From Gemmatimonadales bacterium (lineage in GTDB: Bacteria; Gemmatimonadota; Gemmatimonadetes; Gemmatimonadales; GWC2-71-9): a stretch of 64,000 nucleotides of DNA. This document shows positions 42,566 to 52,945 of this stretch, in pieces (within the stretch, counting starts at the first letter, position 1; each line of letters starts with the position of its first letter). The translations under genes were made by a program, and so were the position numbers. The notes under the pieces are model-generated. The model saw only the letters and a list, made by a program, of their open reading frames with translations, did not search any database and was not told where the DNA came from. The stretch is from assembly GCA_039917855.1 (NCBI GenBank), contig JBDSIR010000146.1, forward strand, positions 2,047 through 66,046, given 5' to 3'.

Positions 42566-43506
42566 CGGAAGTGCTGGAAGCCGGTCAACATGACGGGTGC
42601 TGCGTGCTGCGTGAATTTCACCGCGTCGCCGGCAACGAGGCGACCGATCGGGGTCAGCTTCACGTCGAGGAGCGGCGGGGCGGCATCGGCAGGGAGGGCC
42701 ACCAACAATTCATAATCTTCTCCCCCCTCCGCGGCATACGCCTCCGGTGTCTTCCCCGCTCTCGCCGCCTCGGCCGTCACGCCGGTACCGATCGGCAGAC
42801 CATCCAGCTCGATCTCGGCCCCACAATTCGAAGCTGCGGCAAGGTGATGGATGTCGGACGCCAGCCCGTCGCTCAGGTCGAGCATCGCGGTCGCGGTCCG
42901 CGCCAGCACGCGCCCTGCGGCGATCCGCGGGACCGGGGTGGCGAACCGATGCCGCGCCCCCTCGTCGGGTCTCCGTCCATCAAGCCAGGCATCGAGCGCC
43001 GCCCGGGCTGACCCGAGTTCGCCGGTGACGTAGAGGATATCTCCCGGCCGTCCTCCACCCCGCGTCACCGGCCGTGACGCCTCACCGATCACGGTGACGA
43101 CAACGGTCCACGTCGGGGCGCTGGAGAGATCGCCCCCCAGGATCTTGGTCCCCGCTTCTTCGGCCGCGAGCCCGGCCCCGCGCATCAACGTCGCCGCCTC
43201 CTTGTCGCTCCCGGCCTTGGGGACCCCGAGGGCGACGAGGACGCCGAGCGGGTTCGCTCCCTCGGCGGCGAGGTCGGACAGGGCCGCCGCGGTGGCGCGC
43301 CAGCCGATCTCTTCGTAGTTCAGCCACTCGGTGCGGAAATGCACTCCTTCGACCGAGACGTCGGTGCTGAGCGCGAGCATATGACCGCCGACCGGCAACA
43401 GGGCGGCGTCATCGCCCGACGGCGCGCCGCGTTCACCCAGCGCGGCAAGGATGGCGCGGACACGATCGAACTCGGGGCCGGGCCCCAGCTGCTGGTGAGC
43501 GCTCAC
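42562..43506 (-). CDS. thiL: Thiamine-monophosphate kinase
   Basis: ORF trimmed to the GTG at 43506, which overlaps the upstream stop. Has GDDAALL, LSTDVSVEGVHF, AAALSDLAAEGA, GGDLS. Confidence 0.88.
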   Translation of the reverse strand: MSAHQQLGPGPEFDRVRAILAALGERGAPSGDDAALLPVGGHMLALSTDVSVEGVHFRTEWLNYEEIGWRATAAALSDLAAEGANPLGVLVALGVPKAGSDKEAATLMRGAGLAAEEAGTKILGGDLSSAPTWTVVVTVIGEASRPVTRGGGRPGDILYVTGELGSARAALDAWLDGRRPDEGARHRFATPVPRIAAGRVLARTATAMLDLSDGLASDIHHLAAASNCGAEIELDGLPIGTGVTAEAARAGKTPEAYAAEGGEDYELLVALPADAAPPLLDVKLTPIGRLVAGDAVKFTQHAAPVMLTGFQHFR

Positions 43507-45128
43507 GGTTCCACGGCCCCGCGGCGAAAGCGCACCAGCCCGCGCGAGGTAGCGACCCAGAGCCAGTCGGCCTCCACACTCACGTCCCACGCCTCGCCCG
43601 GAAGCGCGTCACCCACGGCGAGGATCCGCTGCACGGGGCCACCAAGGCGGGCAAAGCCGACACCGCGCGATCCGGCGATCCAGACCCCCTCGCGACCGTC
43701 GGCGAGGGCACGCCCTCGTCCCAGTTGGTCCGAAGGATCGGGGCCTGCCGTCCAGGCACCGGTGCGGGGATCTCGCCAGAGGAGCGAGTGGTCGGTGAGA
43801 GCGACAAGGGTGTCGCCGTGCCAGAGCAGCGCCGGGACCGGTGAGCGCAGCACGCCGAGGGCCTCCCACCCGGGGGCCTGGCGGAGATCGATCGCGCCGG
43901 GGAGGGCGGCGAAAAGTCCGGTGGGCGTGCCGACCCAGGTGGTATCTCCGGCGATCGCGAGCGAGTATGCCGGCGCCGCGTAGCCGGGAGCGATGCGGAC
44001 CACGCCGCTGTCGGTGAGCTCGGCGACCCCCGCGGCGGTGCCGAAGATGAGCCGTCCCCGCCGCGCTGCGATCGCGAGGATCCGGCGATCGGCGAGACCA
44101 TCCTGTTCGGTGAGCCAGCGGACCCGCTCACCGGTGCGGGTGAGCGCGAGCACGCCCTGATCGGTGCCGAGCCAGAGAAGCGAATCGACCACGCGCAGGG
44201 CACGCACCTGGCGGAAGGGCTGACCGAAGACCTGGTCACCGAAGTACCACTTCGTTCCGTCGATCCCATCGGGCACCTCGACCAGTGCGGCCCCACCGGC
44301 GAAGGAGCGGTCGGTGACCGCCCACGCTCCGCCGGGGACGGCGAAGACCGCGCCGACCTCTTCGCCGGGAAGTCCCCAAGGGCGGGGTTCGGGAGAAACG
44401 CTGCCAAATGGCAGCCACAACAGCCCCGACCCGTCGGTGCCGAGCCACCAGCCGCTCTGATCGGACGCGGGGGCGGCGGCGCGGAGCCGCACGGCACGGA
44501 GCCCCGGCCCCATCAGTGTCCCCGAGATCGCGCCGCCGAGCTGGGGGTTGGCGCGTGCGGCATCCTCGACCGTGGTGGCGCGGATGAGGTCGGACCCCCG
44601 GGGCGGCTCGGTGGCCGGGATCGCGATCCCCATTCCCCGGGTGGCCACGACCCACCCACTCGGCGTCCGCAAGTAGAGTCCATCCGCAGGGCGGCTCCGA
44701 TCGACCGCCGCCACGAGGACCGCGCCCCCCGCGGATCCTTGATCCCAGAGGTCGAGCACCGGGTCGTACCGGAGCCATCCGGAGCCGGTCACGATCCAGA
44801 GCGACTGGTCGAGCGGATCGACCAGCGAGCCGCGCGCCTGCTCCAGGGCGCCCTGCCCCGGTGCGTCGAACGGTCCTTGCCACTCGCGCCGGACCTGATC
44901 GCGGACGAGGACCTGGCCGGCGCTCACGACGTAGAGGCGTTCGAAGCTGGAGGCGACGGCGTAGATGTGAAGCATCTCGCGTAGGACGACGCGGTCCTCG
45001 GTGCGCCAACGTGTTTGGGCGCGCACAGGAGGAGGGACGAGAAGCCAACACACGAGGGTCATCCCGAGCAGAGCGAGGGATCTACCCAGCGCTGATCGAC
45101 GACGGATCCCACGATCCGATCGATGCAT
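43503..45128 (-). CDS. Secreted beta-propeller protein (two-component-regulator-propeller-like repeats)
   Basis: Repeats WIVTGSGWLRY, WWLGTDGSGLLWL, LWLGTDQGVLAL, TWVGTPTGLFA, VWIAGSRGVGFA, LWVATSRGLVRF. The first 24 codons lie in a 100-bp TIR element; alternative ATG at 45062. Confidence 0.7.
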   Translation of the reverse strand: MHRSDRGIRRRSALGRSLALLGMTLVCWLLVPPPVRAQTRWRTEDRVVLREMLHIYAVASSFERLYVVSAGQVLVRDQVRREWQGPFDAPGQGALEQARGSLVDPLDQSLWIVTGSGWLRYDPVLDLWDQGSAGGAVLVAAVDRSRPADGLYLRTPSGWVVATRGMGIAIPATEPPRGSDLIRATTVEDAARANPQLGGAISGTLMGPGLRAVRLRAAAPASDQSGWWLGTDGSGLLWLPFGSVSPEPRPWGLPGEEVGAVFAVPGGAWAVTDRSFAGGAALVEVPDGIDGTKWYFGDQVFGQPFRQVRALRVVDSLLWLGTDQGVLALTRTGERVRWLTEQDGLADRRILAIAARRGRLIFGTAAGVAELTDSGVVRIAPGYAAPAYSLAIAGDTTWVGTPTGLFAALPGAIDLRQAPGWEALGVLRSPVPALLWHGDTLVALTDHSLLWRDPRTGAWTAGPDPSDQLGRGRALADGREGVWIAGSRGVGFARLGGPVQRILAVGDALPGEAWDVSVEADWLWVATSRGLVRFRRGAVEP

Positions 45129-45157
45129 GCTAGATCCCTCGCTCCGCTCGGGATGAC
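45058..45157. mobile_element. 100-bp MITE-like element, GTCATCCCGAGC family
   Basis: Ends gtcatcccgagcagagcgagggatcta (45058-45084) and ctagatccctcgctccgctcgggatgac (45130-45157). Confidence 0.8.
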
Positions 45158-45170
45158 AATTGCGCGCTCA

Positions 45171-46736
45171 TCAACTTGCCTTGGGGCGTTCCAAGTCGAC
45201 CAGCACCGGGGCGCGCGGAATGGGCCGTGCGGCACCCCGCAGCTCCCACGCCCGCCAGAGATCGGGAAAGGCCGCGACGACGTCCATCGGCCGGATGGTC
45301 CGCGCGCTGGTCCGGCGGGCCGCGAGATCAGCCGCGCGACCCAGCGCCTGCGCGCCGAGTGCGGCCGCATGGACCGGATCGAGTCCCGCGGCAAGGGCCG
45401 CGCCCACCAGACCGCTCAGCACGTCCCCGCTTCCACCGGTGGCGAGTCCGGGGTTCCCCGCCGCGATGCTCCACGGTGCTCCACCCGCCGGAGCCGCGAC
45501 GACCGTGGGCACCCCCTTCAACAGCACCACGACCCCGGACGCGACCGCGGCCCCTGAAGCCGCACCCCAGGGATCCTGCTCCGCCGCGCCGGCCTGGTCG
45601 GGAAAGAGCGAGCGGAATTCACCGAGGTGGGGGGTGAGGACGGCGCGACGACCAGCGAGAAGGGACTCGAGTTCCGGCAATGCGCCGACGAATGCGATCA
45701 ATCCGTCCGCATCGAGCACGACGGAAGCGGATGGGGATGCGGAGGCGACCAGCGCCTTGATCCCCTCCCGCACGCCGGTCCCCCGCCCCAAGCCGGGCCC
45801 GATGACCAACACGTCGGCCTTCTCCAGCACCCCTCGCAACTCCTCACTCACAGCTCCCCCCTCCCAGACCCGTGCCTGCACATCGGGTTCCGCCTCCGCA
45901 AGTAGCTCGGCCGTTCCGGCCGAGGAAGCAGTGAAGAGCAGACCCGCGCCGGCAGCGAAGGCCGAGCGCGCGGTGAGGCGAAGGGCGCCGCTCATCCCTG
46001 GCGCGCCTCCGACACAGACAACGCGCCCACGCTCACCCTTGTGTGCCTTCGCACGGAGCCGCGGCAGCCATTCGGCGGCCTGATCATCGGTGACGAGGGT
46101 GGGCCACGCCGGATCGGGGCTGGGGTGCCCGATGTCGATCACCACGACGTCACCCACCTCGTCGCGTGCGAGGAGGTGGCCCCGGCGAAGCCCGCCGAAC
46201 GTCACCGAGCAGGTGGCCTTGGGAGCGCCATGCAGGAGACCGGTGCCCAGATCGACGCCGGTCGGACCGTCGAGGGCAAGTATGGGGAGGGGGAGGTCGT
46301 GCAGGCGATCGAGGAGGGCGCCGACCGCGCCTTTCGGCGCTCCGGCCGCACCGGTGCCGAGCAGCGCATCGACGAGAATCCCGACCTGTGGCCAGGGACC
46401 GTCCGGCGCCACTTCGCGGACCCCGGCCGCGCGAGCGCGCACCGCGACCTTGGAGGTGAGGGGGGCCGACTCCCCCGCCGACGCGACCCAGACCGGGAGG
46501 CCGAGGGCGTGGAGCGCGCGGGCGAGGACCCAGCCATCGCCGCCGTTATGGCCGGGACCGGCGGCGATCAGCACCCCTTTCCGCGCGGCGTGGCCGAAGC
46601 GGTCGAGCAGCACGATGGCCGCCCCTCGCCCCGCCCCTTCCATCAACGTTTCGAGCGCCATCCCCTCCCCTTCGGCACGCTTGTCCCACGCCGCGGACTC
46701 GGCGGGCGAGAGGACGGGGATGGTGGGGGCGGGCAT
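45171..46736 (-). CDS. nnr: Bifunctional NAD(P)H-hydrate repair enzyme (epimerase/dehydratase)
   Basis: ORF trimmed to MPAPTIPVLSP. Has GPGHNGGDG in the N-domain, and HKGERGRVVCVGG and GSGDVLSG in the C-domain. Confidence 0.9.
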   Translation of the reverse strand: MPAPTIPVLSPAESAAWDKRAEGEGMALETLMEGAGRGAAIVLLDRFGHAARKGVLIAAGPGHNGGDGWVLARALHALGLPVWVASAGESAPLTSKVAVRARAAGVREVAPDGPWPQVGILVDALLGTGAAGAPKGAVGALLDRLHDLPLPILALDGPTGVDLGTGLLHGAPKATCSVTFGGLRRGHLLARDEVGDVVVIDIGHPSPDPAWPTLVTDDQAAEWLPRLRAKAHKGERGRVVCVGGAPGMSGALRLTARSAFAAGAGLLFTASSAGTAELLAEAEPDVQARVWEGGAVSEELRGVLEKADVLVIGPGLGRGTGVREGIKALVASASPSASVVLDADGLIAFVGALPELESLLAGRRAVLTPHLGEFRSLFPDQAGAAEQDPWGAASGAAVASGVVVLLKGVPTVVAAPAGGAPWSIAAGNPGLATGGSGDVLSGLVGAALAAGLDPVHAAALGAQALGRAADLAARRTSARTIRPMDVVAAFPDLWRAWELRGAARPIPRAPVLVDLERPKAS

Positions 46737-46744
46737 GTTGGAAA

Positions 46745-46859
46745 GGTAAGCGGTGAGCGGTAAGAGGTGAGCGGGCCGTGCGGTCGAGGTGGTGCCTGGT
46801 GAATAGGCGGGGGACCCGACTTCAGGCCCCCCGCTCACCGCTTACCGCTCACCGCTCAC
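46745..46859. repeat. Heptamer-array hairpin, GGTRAGC type
   Basis: Left arm ggtaagcggtgagcggtaagaggtgagcgggcc, 47-nt spacer, right arm ggccccccgctcaccgcttaccgctcaccgctcac. The right arm contains the stop of the zinc-ribbon ORF. Confidence 0.9.
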
Positions 46860-47050
46860 GCAGGTGTAGTACCAGCGATCTTCCCATAGGAGACCTCCCC
46901 CTTGTGGATCCGCATATGGAATCCGCAGGCGGGATTGGTGCAGGCCCACGCCTTGAACTTGAGCGAAGAGCCTTCGGGGCCGTAGTCCGACAGCGGCACC
47001 AGCACTCCGTCCTCACACTTCACGCACTCCGGGAACTCGCGATTATCCAT
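46856..47050 (-). CDS. Small zinc-ribbon protein (hypothetical)
   Basis: 64 aa: CVKC..(27 aa)..CTNPAC, four Cys in two pairs. Strong GGAGGGGGG lies upstream of the ATG. Confidence 0.6.
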   Translation of the reverse strand: MDNREFPECVKCEDGVLVPLSDYGPEGSSLKFKAWACTNPACGFHMRIHKGEVSYGKIAGTTPA

Positions 47051-47065
47051 CCCCCCTCCTCTGCC

Positions 47066-47476
47066 TCAGGGTTCGAGGCGGTCCGGGTCCTTCGTGAATG
47101 CGACGCGGGCCCAGACCCGATCAGGGCCCAGCGCATCAGGGAACTCGTACACACCTTCGAAATCCTCCACCCGGTCGCCCGGCTGGGTGCTCAACAGGCT
47201 CACGTCGACCAGCGCGAAAACGATGTGGCCGATGTCCTTGGTGGTGGTGATCCCCCAATGGGTCAGCACGGTGCGCGCGAGCAGCCCATACTGCTGCAAC
47301 GCGAGGTCGCGACAGGCCCAGGCGAGCTCGCTCCCGGTCACGTGCCGGCGTTGGGGGAGCTTCTCCTGCAGGAATTCGATCGCCGCGAGCACGAACAGGA
47401 ACCCGCGCTCGTGATAGCGCCGCTCGCGTCGGCGGATGCGGGCGAGGACCTCCTCGGCGAACTGGACGTCGCTCAC
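47066..47476 (-). CDS. Conserved hypothetical protein (possibly Minf_1886/TIGR04138-like)
   Basis: 136 aa: [66 protein letters not shown]. The family assignment is from memory only. Its start overlaps the glyA stop. Confidence 0.55.
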   Translation of the reverse strand: MSDVQFAEEVLARIRRRERRYHERGFLFVLAAIEFLQEKLPQRRHVTGSELAWACRDLALQQYGLLARTVLTHWGITTTKDIGHIVFALVDVSLLSTQPGDRVEDFEGVYEFPDALGPDRVWARVAFTKDPDRLEP

Positions 47477-48738
47477 CGACGCCCCTTGGGGGTGACGTAG
47501 AGGGGGAATCCATCGGTCAGCTGCCCCACTTCGCGGTGCACCCGCGTCACCGTCGCGTCGTCCTTCCGGGTGATCACCTCGTCGATGAGCCCCGCGATCC
47601 GCTCCATCTCCCGTTCCTTCATTCCCCGCGTCGTCAGGGCCGGCGTGCCAAGTCGGATGCCGCTGGTGACGAACGGAGACTGGGGGTCGTCAGGGATCGT
47701 GTTCTTGTTGACCGTGATGCCGGCCCGATCCAGCAGCTTCTCGGCGTCCTTGCCGGTCATCCCCTTCGGCCGGAGGTCGACCAGCATCAAGTGGGTGTCG
47801 GTGCCGCCGGAGACGATGGCGAAGCCCCGGTCCATCAGCGCTGCGGCCAGGGTGCGCGCGTTGGCCACCACCTGGTGGGCGTAGACCTTGAAGTCCTCGG
47901 TGAGGCACTCGCCGAAGGCCACCGCCTTGGCGGCGATGACGTGCATCAAGGGCCCCCCCTGCGTGCCGGGGAAGACCGACTTGTCGACCGCCTTGGCCCG
48001 TTCGGCGTCGGAGAGGATCAGGCCACCGCGCGGTCCGCGGAGGGTCTTATGGGTGGTGCTGGTGACCACCTGGGCGTGCGGCACCGGCGACGGGTGGGCG
48101 CCCCCCGCGACCAGTCCGGCGAAGTGCGCCATGTCGATCAGCAGGATCGCGCCGACCTCGTCGGCGATGGAGCGGAGCGCCGCGAAGTCGAGGATCCGGG
48201 CGTAGGCGCTGCCGCCGGCCACGATCATCTTCGGATTCTCGGCGTGTGCCTGGGTGCGGAGCCGGTCGTAATCGATCCGACCGGTGGCCGGATCCACACC
48301 GTAGTGCACCGCCTGCCAGATCACACCGCTGTGGTTGACCGACGCACCGTGCGAGAGGTGCCCCCCGTGGGGGAGCGACATCGCCAGGAACTTCTCCCCC
48401 GGCTTCAGGACCGCCATGAACGCGGCGAAGTTGGCGGTGGCACCCGAATGGGGCTGCACGTTCGCGTGGGCCGCGCCGAAGAGGCGCTTCACCCGTTCGA
48501 TGGCGAGCGACTCGACCTGATCGACCACCTCGCAGCCCCCGTAGTACCGCTTCCCGGGATACCCCTCGGCGTATTTGTTGGTGAGCGGAGTTCCCATCGC
48601 ATCGATGACGGCGCGAGAAGCGAAGTTCTCGCTGGCGATCAGCTCGAGGCCGTGTCGCTCGCGCGCCAGCTCGTCGTCAACGATGCGCGCCACGTCGGGA
48701 TCGGCGGCGCGCAGGGAGGCCGTGGGGTCGAGCGTCAC
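47473..48738 (-). CDS. glyA: Serine hydroxymethyltransferase
   Basis: ORF trimmed to the GTG at 48738, which overlaps the rpiB stop. Has [35 protein letters not shown]. Confidence 0.95.
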   Translation of the reverse strand: MTLDPTASLRAADPDVARIVDDELARERHGLELIASENFASRAVIDAMGTPLTNKYAEGYPGKRYYGGCEVVDQVESLAIERVKRLFGAAHANVQPHSGATANFAAFMAVLKPGEKFLAMSLPHGGHLSHGASVNHSGVIWQAVHYGVDPATGRIDYDRLRTQAHAENPKMIVAGGSAYARILDFAALRSIADEVGAILLIDMAHFAGLVAGGAHPSPVPHAQVVTSTTHKTLRGPRGGLILSDAERAKAVDKSVFPGTQGGPLMHVIAAKAVAFGECLTEDFKVYAHQVVANARTLAAALMDRGFAIVSGGTDTHLMLVDLRPKGMTGKDAEKLLDRAGITVNKNTIPDDPQSPFVTSGIRLGTPALTTRGMKEREMERIAGLIDEVITRKDDATVTRVHREVGQLTDGFPLYVTPKGRR

Positions 48739-49178
48739 GGGGTGTCGGTCTCGATCTTGGCGACGCGGCGGGAATGACGCCCCCCTTCGAACGGGGTGTC
48801 GAGCCACGCCTTGAGGATGGCCACCCCCTCGTCGTCGCTCAGGCAGCGCGCCGGGAGGACCAGGATGTTGGCGTCATTATGGGCCCGGGCCAGGTGAGCG
48901 ATCTCCGGATTCCACGCCACCGCGGCGCGGACCCCGTGATGCCGGTTCGCGGCGTAGGCCATCCCGAGCCCGGTGCCGCAGAGGAGCACCCCGCGCTTCG
49001 CCTCTCCCACCTCGACCTGATGGGCGACGGGATGGGCGTAGTCGGGGTAGTCGGTGCTGTCGAGGGAGTTGGTGCCGACGTCGATGGGATCGTAGCCGAG
49101 CTGCTTGAGCTCGGCGACCAGCCGTTGCTTGAGCGGGAAGCCGGCGTGGTCGGCCCCGATGGGGATGCGTTCGGGCAT
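48735..49178 (-). CDS. rpiB: Ribose-5-phosphate isomerase B
   Basis: ORF trimmed to [18 protein letters not shown]. Has [15 protein letters not shown]. Confidence 0.92.
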   Translation of the reverse strand: MPERIPIGADHAGFPLKQRLVAELKQLGYDPIDVGTNSLDSTDYPDYAHPVAHQVEVGEAKRGVLLCGTGLGMAYAANRHHGVRAAVAWNPEIAHLARAHNDANILVLPARCLSDDEGVAILKAWLDTPFEGGRHSRRVAKIETDTP

Positions 49179-49192
49179 GGTTGAATCTAGAC

Positions 49193-49220
49193 GGCTAGGC
49201 GGTAAGGCGGTAAGGTGGCC
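49193..49220. repeat. Solo octamer array (ggctaggc ggtaaggc ggtaaggt ggcc)
   Basis: Tandem 8-mers upstream of the rpiB start. No inverted partner found nearby. Confidence 0.7.
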
Positions 49221-49268
49221 AACTGGCAAGGAACCGTCCCGTACCCACTCTGCCCCGCAGTTCGCCGG

Positions 49269-50327
49269 CTACGCGATATACAACTTCCGAAGGGGCTTGA
49301 TCGCTTCGATCCGCTCTTCCGCCAGGCGGTCGGCCGCGGCGTAGCTCGGGATCTTGTGCTCCGCGGCGATGGCGTAGACCCGGAGCGTGGTTTCGTAGAT
49401 GTCCCCCGCCTTCCGCCTGGCGCGCTCGAGCGCCCAGCCCTGCAGCTCCCCGTACACATTGATGAGCCCGCCACCGTTCACGACGTAGTCCGGCGCGTAG
49501 ACCATCCCCTGCTTTTCGAGCTGGGCACCGTGGCGCTCCTCGGCGAGCTGATTGTTGGCCCCGCCGCAAATGACCTCGACCTTGAGTTGCTTCAAGGTCT
49601 CATCGTTGATCGTGGCGCCCAGCGCGTTGGGCGAGTAGATGTCGGCCTTCTGGGAATAGATCTCGTCGGGCTTCACCGCCGTGGCGCCGGTCGCGTCGAC
49701 CATCGCCTTGACCTTGGCGGTGTCGATGTCGGTCACGATGAGCTTGGCCCCCTCGGCGTGGAGCAGGCCGCAGAGATGCTTGGCCACGTTGCCGCACCCC
49801 TGGACGGCGATGGTCTTGCCGGTCAGGACGTCGGAGCCCCAGCGGGTCTTGGCGGCGGCCTTCATCCCCATGTAGACGCCGTAGGCGGTCACCGGCGACG
49901 GGTCGCCCGACTTGCCGTGGAGCCCCACGACGTGCGGGGTCTCGGAGTGGATGTACTCCATGTCCGCGGGGCTCGTCCCCACGTCCTCGGCGGTAATGTA
50001 GCGCCCGCCGAGCGACTGCACGAAGCGGCCGTGGGCGCGGAACATCGCCTCGCGGTCCTTCCGCTTGTTGTCGCCCACGATGACGGATTTGCCACCGCCG
50101 AGGTTGACGCCGGCCACCGCGGCCTTGTAGGTCATCCCGCGGGCGAGCCGGAGCGCGTCGGTGATGGCATCGTCCGTGCTGGCATACTGCCAGAATCGGG
50201 TGCCTCCGAGTGCCGGGCCGAGCGTGGTATCGTGGATCGCGATGATGCCGAAGTAGCCGGAACTCGGCTCATGGCTGAGCAAGACCTGCTCGTGGTTGTA
50301 CTGGGCCATCGCCTTCTGGAGGTCCAT
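49269..50327 (-). CDS. Leucine (Leu/Phe/Val) dehydrogenase
   Basis: ORF trimmed to [10 protein letters not shown]. Has [37 protein letters not shown]. Confidence 0.9.
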   Translation of the reverse strand: MDLQKAMAQYNHEQVLLSHEPSSGYFGIIAIHDTTLGPALGGTRFWQYASTDDAITDALRLARGMTYKAAVAGVNLGGGKSVIVGDNKRKDREAMFRAHGRFVQSLGGRYITAEDVGTSPADMEYIHSETPHVVGLHGKSGDPSPVTAYGVYMGMKAAAKTRWGSDVLTGKTIAVQGCGNVAKHLCGLLHAEGAKLIVTDIDTAKVKAMVDATGATAVKPDEIYSQKADIYSPNALGATINDETLKQLKVEVICGGANNQLAEERHGAQLEKQGMVYAPDYVVNGGGLINVYGELQGWALERARRKAGDIYETTLRVYAIAAEHKIPSYAAADRLAEERIEAIKPLRKLYIA

Positions 50328-50356
50328 GGATGCGTCCTGCTGCGGAAGTGTGTCAG

Positions 50357-50443
50357 GGTGACCAGTGACCGGTGACCAGTGACCGGGCCTCAAGAGAGGA
50401 GCTCACCAACAGGCCCGGTCACTGGTTACTGGTTACTGCTCAC
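50357..50443. repeat. Heptamer-array hairpin, GTGACCR type
   Basis: Left arm ggtgaccagtgaccggtgaccagtgaccgggcc, 22-nt spacer, right arm ggcccggtcactggttactggttactgctcac. The right arm edge holds the hbd stop. Confidence 0.9.
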
Positions 50444-51303
50444 TTCGAATATTCGTAAAAGCCCCGCCCCGTCTTCCGTCCCAGCTGCCCCGCCGCGACC
50501 ATCCGGCGGAGGAGCGGACAGGGACGGTACTTGTCGTCGCCCAATCCCTTGTGCAGCACTTCGAGGATCGCGAGGCAGACGTCGAGCCCGATCAGGTCGG
50601 CCAGCGCCAGCGGGCCCATCGGATGGGCCATCCCCAGCTTCATCACCGTATCGATCGACTCGGCGGTGGCCACGCCTTCCATCAGGCAGTATACCGCCTC
50701 GTTGACCATCGGCATCAGGATCCGATTGGCCACGAAGCCGGGGTAGTCGTTCACCTCGACCGGCGTCTTGCCCAATGCCTTGCACCACTCCATCACCTTG
50801 GCCGTCGTGGCATCGCTGGTGCGCTGGCCGCGGATGATCTCCACCAGCTGCATGACCGGGACCGGATTCATGAAATGCATCCCGATCACCAGCTCGGGCC
50901 GCTTGGTCCTGGCGGCGATCTCGGTGATCGAGATCGAGCTGGTGTTGGTCGCGAGTATCGTCCCCGGCGGGCAGATCGCGTCCAGACCCTCGAAGACCTT
51001 GAACTTCACGAGCGGGTTCTCGCTCGCCGCCTCGACCACCAGCGCCGCGTCCTTCACCGCCGTGAGGTCGGTCCCGGCAGTGACGCGCTTCAGCGTCGCC
51101 GCAGCGTCGGCCTCGGAGAGGGTCCCCTTCTTCACCACCCGGGCGAGCGACACCTTGATGGCCTCGAGCCCCTTGTGGAGTGCGGCCTGTTGCACGTCGA
51201 CGAGCAGGACGTCGTTCCCCTGGGCCGCGAAGACCTGGGCGATCCCGTTGCCCATTGTCCCTGCACCAATGACCGCGATTCGAGTCATCATCTGTCCTTG
51301 CAA
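50440..51303 (-). CDS. hbd: 3-hydroxybutyryl-CoA dehydrogenase
   Basis: 287 aa: [40 protein letters not shown]. Confidence 0.92.
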   Translation of the reverse strand: MQGQMMTRIAVIGAGTMGNGIAQVFAAQGNDVLLVDVQQAALHKGLEAIKVSLARVVKKGTLSEADAAATLKRVTAGTDLTAVKDAALVVEAASENPLVKFKVFEGLDAICPPGTILATNTSSISITEIAARTKRPELVIGMHFMNPVPVMQLVEIIRGQRTSDATTAKVMEWCKALGKTPVEVNDYPGFVANRILMPMVNEAVYCLMEGVATAESIDTVMKLGMAHPMGPLALADLIGLDVCLAILEVLHKGLGDDKYRPCPLLRRMVAAGQLGRKTGRGFYEYSK

Positions 51304-51309
51304 TTGAAT

Positions 51310-51568
51310 GGCTGCTGGCTACTGGCTATTGGCTGCTTCATCCTGCGAACTGGCACTGGCGCGATCGGCCAGAAGCCAGGAGCCAGGAGCCTTCGAGTTC
51401 GATGTCCACCGGAACAGCAGCACCGCCTTGCGAGTATCACGGTTGCAAAGGGCTGCCGGCTACTGGCTGTTGACTGCTCCGTGCTGCGGACTGGCACTGT
51501 CGCGATCGGCCAGAAGCCAGGAGCCAGGGGCTTTCGGGTTCGATGTCCACCGGAACAGCAGCACCGCC
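51310..51568. repeat. Two tandem copies (period about 140 bp) of a GGCTACT-type array hairpin plus tail
   Basis: Copy 1 at 51310-51427 and copy 2 at 51450-51568. Each is ggctgctggctactggct.. / ..ggccagaagccaggagccagg, followed by ttcg.gttcgatgtccaccggaacagcagcaccgcc. Confidence 0.9.
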
Positions 51569-52392
51569 GATGCACCTACGATGATCGTCGCGATGGCCCC
51601 GCCCTCTGGACCGAAGGCGCTGCCGGTGAGCCAGGTCGGTCCACCAGTGGCGTAGTCCAGCATCGGCAATGTGAACGCCAGTCCGCTCACCGGGGCGCCG
51701 AGTGCCGCAAGGGTAAGGTTCCAGCCGAGGTGCACACCGGTGGCGGCCCAGATCCCGCCCGGCAGCCAGAGCGCCGCGCTCAGGAACACCCCGGCCAGTG
51801 CCACGTTGGCGACGGCGAGGCCGGTCACGTTCGGGTTGCCCAGGTGCGCCGCCCCGAAGAGGATCGAAAGCACCAGCGCCGGCCCCAGCCGCCCGAATGC
51901 CCGCGACAACGCCACATACCCCACCCCGCGGAAGAGCAGCTCTTCGCTGAAGGCCGCAGGGAGCATGATCAACGCGAGCGGCCCCACCGCTTTCAACCAA
52001 TCGATCGCAGACCCCCCATCGAGCGACCACGCCGCGCCGCCGGCCGGGATGGCGATCGCGAGCGCCAGGAGCGCCGGGACCATGCCGATCACAAACCCGA
52101 CCCCGAATCCCTTCGCCGGATCCCCCGTTCCGCGCCAGCGTAGGTCGGCGAGATCCCACTTCAGCGCAACGCGGCCGATGAGCCACGTCGCCAGGCCAAA
52201 GCCCGCAATCTGGGCGACGACCCCCAACCACAATCCGGAGATCGGCGCCCCTGAGCGCTTCAGGATGAGCCCGGTCGCGATCGCCGCCACGATGCCGGAC
52301 GCGAAGAAGGCGACCGTCCACCCGATCGCCTTCCACCGGGACATTCCGGTCGCCGTCACTGCCTCACAGGACTCGACGGACTCGGCCGCCAA
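51460..52392 (-). CDS. CPBP-family intramembrane glutamic endopeptidase (CAAX protease-like)
   Basis: Has AAFSEELLFRG and FGAAH. Alternative start MSRWK at 52344. The last 35 or so codons are encoded by repeat copy 2. Confidence 0.8.
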   Translation of the reverse strand: MAAESVESCEAVTATGMSRWKAIGWTVAFFASGIVAAIATGLILKRSGAPISGLWLGVVAQIAGFGLATWLIGRVALKWDLADLRWRGTGDPAKGFGVGFVIGMVPALLALAIAIPAGGAAWSLDGGSAIDWLKAVGPLALIMLPAAFSEELLFRGVGYVALSRAFGRLGPALVLSILFGAAHLGNPNVTGLAVANVALAGVFLSAALWLPGGIWAATGVHLGWNLTLAALGAPVSGLAFTLPMLDYATGGPTWLTGSAFGPEGGAIATIIVGASAVLLFRWTSNPKAPGSWLLADRDSASPQHGAVNSQ

Positions 52393-52945
52393 GACCGAGC
52401 CCCAGACCCGATGCCAGCGCGACTTCGGCCATATCGGTCAGGCCGAAGGGAATCACACCCATCGCGAGGGCCGCGCCGGGGTTCCCGGTCACGATGGTGA
52501 GCCAGGCCCAGCCGCCGAGGTGCACCACCGCCATCCCGGCAATTGCCCCGAGAAGGTAGCGCAGCGGAGTGATGATTCGCGTGGCGTGCAACGCGACCCA
52601 GCCGGCCACGAACGCGCCGAACGGGAAGGCGATGAGATACCCACCGGTCGGGCCGATGATCTTGAGGAATCCGAAGCCGCCGCCGGCGAAGACCGGGAGC
52701 CCCGCCATCCCCGCCACGAGGTAGGTCACCAGCGCCGCCGCGCCGAGCCGGGGCCCGAGCACGAGGCCGACCAGCAGAAGCGCGCCGCCCTGCAGCGTCT
52801 CCGGCACCGGGCTGAAGGGGACCGGGAACTCGAACTGTGCCACGACGGCCACGAACGCGGCGCCGAGTGCCACGGCGATGACCCGGCGTACGGTGTGGAC
52901 GCGGGTGGCGGGAACGGCGCCTGCGAGGGTCTCGGTCGTCATCAA
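52364..52945 (-). CDS. bioY: Biotin transporter BioY
   Basis: 193 aa: PVPETLQGGALLLVGLVLGP, GPTGGYLIAFP. Confidence 0.88.
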   Translation of the reverse strand: MMTTETLAGAVPATRVHTVRRVIAVALGAAFVAVVAQFEFPVPFSPVPETLQGGALLLVGLVLGPRLGAAALVTYLVAGMAGLPVFAGGGFGFLKIIGPTGGYLIAFPFGAFVAGWVALHATRIITPLRYLLGAIAGMAVVHLGGWAWLTIVTGNPGAALAMGVIPFGLTDMAEVALASGLGLGLGGRVRRVL

